NCBI GenBank assembly: GCA_903813345.2
Contig: CAIIXF020000001.1
Coordinates: forward strand, 8,618,001-8,682,000
Direction: 5' to 3'
DNA: 64,000 nucleotides
Source: Owenia fusiformis
Lineage: Eukaryota
Of this stretch, positions 60,361 through 64,000 are shown one piece after another. How positions within the stretch are numbered: position 1 is the first letter of the stretch; every line of letters starts with the position of its first letter. The translations under genes and the position numbers were made by a program. The notes under the pieces are model-generated. The model was given only the letters and a program-made list of their open reading frames with translations, searched no databases and was not told where the DNA came from.

Positions 60361-61010
60361 CAGTGATTTCATTAATGGCGTCCTTCAATGGAGAGGACGT
60401 AAATCAAGATTGGGAAGACGTAAAATAAAAAATAAAAAATGTTTTTGGGACGCAATTTGAATTTCCTTCCCGGAAGTTGCTTTCTTATTGTAAATGGTAC
60501 GAGTCATGTGATAGCACAAATAGTTAACCAATACTCGATATCCGAGCAGTAATCAGTACGAGTCTTACAGTTGGCCGCTAGCTGAAGACAAGATTTAAAC
60601 CATTTTCTATTGGTCAAGTGTGATCACAAGATCATTATTTAAGAATGCGCATGCGCAAGAAATTGAACCTCGCGTAGATTGCTCCTAAACTAAAGCAAAA
60701 TCAGTAGCTAATTGCTTCGAAATACACAAAGAAAATGTGTTTCTAATGGTTGAGTATAAGTTATACCTCACAAGTGATGGTATCTGTATCATTCAATGAC
60801 ATACTAGACTCGTCAGAACACTGATTTAGACTGATAAATAGCAAAAGCGATACAAAACTTAATCAATTTTATTTCGGTTAGTGTAAAAGTGTGACTTTGA
60901 ATTCCCGGGAACATTTTTTCAAGGGACGTAGTTTTTTGAGGGGAGACGGATTTTTTGAAAATCGTTACGTCCCATGGACGCAATCTTGGACAAACCTACT
61001 GAAAACACTG
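60361..61010. mobile_element. hAT-like non-autonomous element related in end structure to 40233-40940
   Basis: CAGTGATTTCATTA ... TACTGAAAACACTG. Subterminal GGACG(C/T)AA repeats. TSD not evident. Confidence 0.55.
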
Positions 61011-62073
61011 ACTATACAGCAGGCAAATAACAACGATTCTAATTCATTGTGAAATAACTTATTATGTTGTGAGTTCTGACTGTTGATCTGGAGATGTTTT
61101 GTCGACATGGGTGTCGCAGAGAGCATTTGATTGACAATCAACCTTTCCTACATTCAATGCCAGCTCTACTACTGTGCCATTATTTGATTCAAAATAATTA
61201 GGAGTTGTTATTTTTAGTTACGAAAATGCTCTGTCAAACTTTAACTCATGGGGTTACTTCATCCTCGTGGGACTTCGACCATGGGGTTATTTCAACCATG
61301 GCTGATAATTCAAATTTTGGGGTTCAGCCACCACACAAAGAAGATGAACATAACAAATAAGCAGAAATGTGTAAATTACATATCCCCGACCTCAAACACT
61401 CCATCCCATCCCTCCACCCATCAGCATGGTCTAAACAATATATAAAGTAAACTTGGTTGCTACAAAAAAGTGTCACCCCTCACTCACTCAATTAACAGTT
61501 TCTGTAAGTAATTACATCAGCTATAACTAAGATGTAAATTGTAGTCAATCATGATCGCTGACTAAAAATCAATAATTTTCCCCAACATTCAGCATAGTAT
61601 ACAGCTACGTAACAAGATTATTTTAGTCCTCTGCAATGTAATTCTAATGATTTCGTAATGAGTTAATCTTATTGATGATGTTGAGTTATTAAGTTTTAAT
61701 TACGAGTTGTAATCTGTATATGGAGGCATTAGCATACGTTTTCGAAAGTAAGAAACCTTTCAGTTTTCATAAGGTTCGTGGCTTCTTTGTTCGTAAACAT
61801 GTAATTCAAGGTATTCATATGTAGAAATATGAAAATAATATCAGATTGAAGATTTGTTTTGCAAAAAAGTTCAAATGGAAAAATATAGTCATTCATTTGT
61901 TATTCAAGAACAAAAAATGGTCAGGTAAAACATATGTAGTTTTACCAAATGATTGACTCTATTTCACCATGTATATCAATCAAACAGTGCTTTTGGCCAT
62001 CAGCCTAAAACTTTAACATGGATTTGTTGATTTAAACTTCACATTCCATTATGTTGTGGATAAGAAGTATATA

Positions 62074-62559
62074 CTGTAGATTGGGTTAATTTGGCGCTAC
62101 TTAATTTGGCGATTTTGCCATTTTTGGCATATTGGCGGCTATTTAATTTGGCGGATATGCAAAAAAAATTTTTATTAACTTACGCGTTGTTTGCGAATTT
62201 TATGTTAATTTTTTCTTTTGAGGACCACTGGCAATATTCACCACGTTTGTACATTTTTGTGAGATCATCCTTTACATTTTGCACCTCGATTGATGCTGCT
62301 ACTATACTGCACTTTTCCTTTCTCGTTTTTCCCTGAGTATTAACAAGTGACTGACCAGTTCTGAGCCAATTTATGAGAGACATTTTTTCATATTTTTGGA
62401 AAAAACTAAACCGGAAGTGACCTAAATACACTCGACGAAATACCCTAGATAATTCCCGGGGATTCATTCTAAATTTTGGCGAAGATTTATATTGGCGAAT
62501 TTTTCAATTTCGCCAAATTCGCCAAATTAAAGCGGGCGCCAAATTAACCCAATCTACAG
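62074..62559. mobile_element. MITE with TA TSD and TTGGCG subterminal repeats
   Basis: TA|CTGTAGATTGGGTTAATTTGGCGC ... GCGCCAAATTAACCCAATCTACAG|TA: perfect TIR. Confidence 0.9.
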
Positions 62560-62867
62560 TAGTATCATCTAGAGTTTGGCAAAAACATATCAGATATATT
62601 TAAGCTGTACATGTAATTTTAAAATGGTAGTATGACCTTTTTGTTAAAAAGATACATTTTGAAAATGGCATTTCTTGCTATTCTGAGATCTGTATACTTT
62701 AAAGTGTACTTTAGCACAAAAAAGACTTACTTTAATAAGGGTATTGATGAGAACTCAGTATTTCATTTGATACCTAGGATCATTCAGATAGATCACATGG
62801 GAGCTTATAATAAATTATCAAAATTATTTTTTTGTTCTTTCACATTTTTCATGTTTATATGTTTCAG

Positions 62868-63740
62868 ATGGGTCGGTCACGGAGAAGACGAAGGTCGTGT
62901 AGCAGAGATTCTTCTTATGACAGCTATGATAGGAACAAGCGACGCAAGGTCTCTAATAACAGTTACTATGACGATTACAAATATAGGCATTCCAGGTCTA
63001 GATCTCGCACTCCTCGCAGGTAAGATTGCCAAATATAATAATAATAATATTTTTTTATTTTTTACAATTTTAAGGTAAATCAAAATATTAAATTTGAAAT
63101 TTGGCTGAAGTGCAAATATTCATTTTAACATGTTCGAGGGGGTTTAGTATTATGTAGCTTGCCAAAATTTTGCAAAATCATTGCTTCGTTTACTACTTCC
63201 TGTTTAAACAGCTTTATCTGTACCAATCTCTCTCCATAAATTTAAAAAGAAAAATTGAATTCTGAATGAATTGCAACATGTTATGTTTACAGGACGATGA
63301 TCTGGTAATTCATGAAACATGAACATACTCTTTAGATACGTTTAGATCTGTATTTATAATATTTCATGTAACATTAACTAATTTTTATTTCGTGATAATG
63401 ATATCTTAGTAGTAGTATCACATGACTGTTACATGAATATATTGTACATGGATGGTTTCTATCACACATATTTAATATTATGTTGGCTTTTACCACATTC
63501 TGTTTTTGTTCTTCTAGACGTGAATACACCCCAGATTCTTACTACAGAGAAAGATCTTATACTCCTGAACGTGAGTATCAAAGACGGCAAAATAGACGGC
63601 ATCGTTATGACGACAGATTTGACTACAATTCTGACTACGACAGGTACCGATCACAGGATGAGAGTCGCTACCGTAGCAGTAGGCGGCGTCCTCGCCACAG
63701 ACGACAACATCGCAGATCGGAAAGTACTAGTACAAGCGTG
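62868..63740 (+). CDS. RS/RD/Y-rich N-terminus of a probable CDC-like (CLK/LAMMER) kinase or other SR-related protein. Exons 62868-63019 and 63518-63740; continues beyond the window
   Basis: MGRSRRRRRSCSRDSSYDSYDR...RSRSRTPR|RREYTPDSYY...RSSRRRPRHRRQHRRSESTSTSV. In-phase AG/GT junction; ATG lies directly after an acceptor. The kinase domain is not in the window, so identity is inferred from composition only. Confidence 0.6.
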
Positions 63741-64000
63741 GTAGGTACCTTTCTTTAGCCCTCCCTTGCTGTCCAAGCCATGATTTGAGAATCACCATGA
63801 CTGAGCTAAAATTGCATTAATTTACCCTTGTAGAAAAATTCAATAATAGTGGTAAGAGGTAAATATTTTGTTTGAAATATTTGGTAAGTTGAAACTAATT
63901 TGAGTTAGTCTGCAAGGGTATCAAGCATTTTAAAACATTTCCATGGTTAACATAAAATCAATAAAGTATAGATGGCGTCAAAGTCGGGAATGTTGCAAGA

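Overview
AT-rich, intron-rich animal genomic DNA. Gene content and transposon landscape suggest a marine invertebrate, possibly a lophotrochozoan (inference). Five spliced genes were reconstructed by hand from GT-AG junctions: (1) the 3' part of peroxidasin (+, 1-3500); (2) a complete 20-exon type I membrane protein with a signal peptide, two ependymin/LolA-like beta-rich modules, four PAN/Apple domains and a TM helix (+, 7289-27418); (3) PPP1R42/LRRC67 (-, ATG at 43359), with candidate microexons and alternative last exons; (4) PREB/SEC12 (+, 47242-54017), head-to-head with PPP1R42; (5) the RS-rich N-terminus of a probable CLK/LAMMER kinase (+, from 62868). The most unusual object is a very young 9.15 kb non-autonomous Ty3/Gypsy-like LTR element (16401-25548) inside an intron of gene 2. 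Its ~3 kb LTRs are as long as or longer than the internal region. They carry a ~226 bp tandem array and a transmembrane ORF in an apparent ~2.6 kb R region, and the internal region encodes only Gag-protease. Many MITEs are present (Kolobok-, MULE-, Tc1/pogo- and hAT-like, plus a Helentron HINE), including one carrying a tRNA-like Pol III cassette. All coordinates were read by eye and may be off by a few bases.
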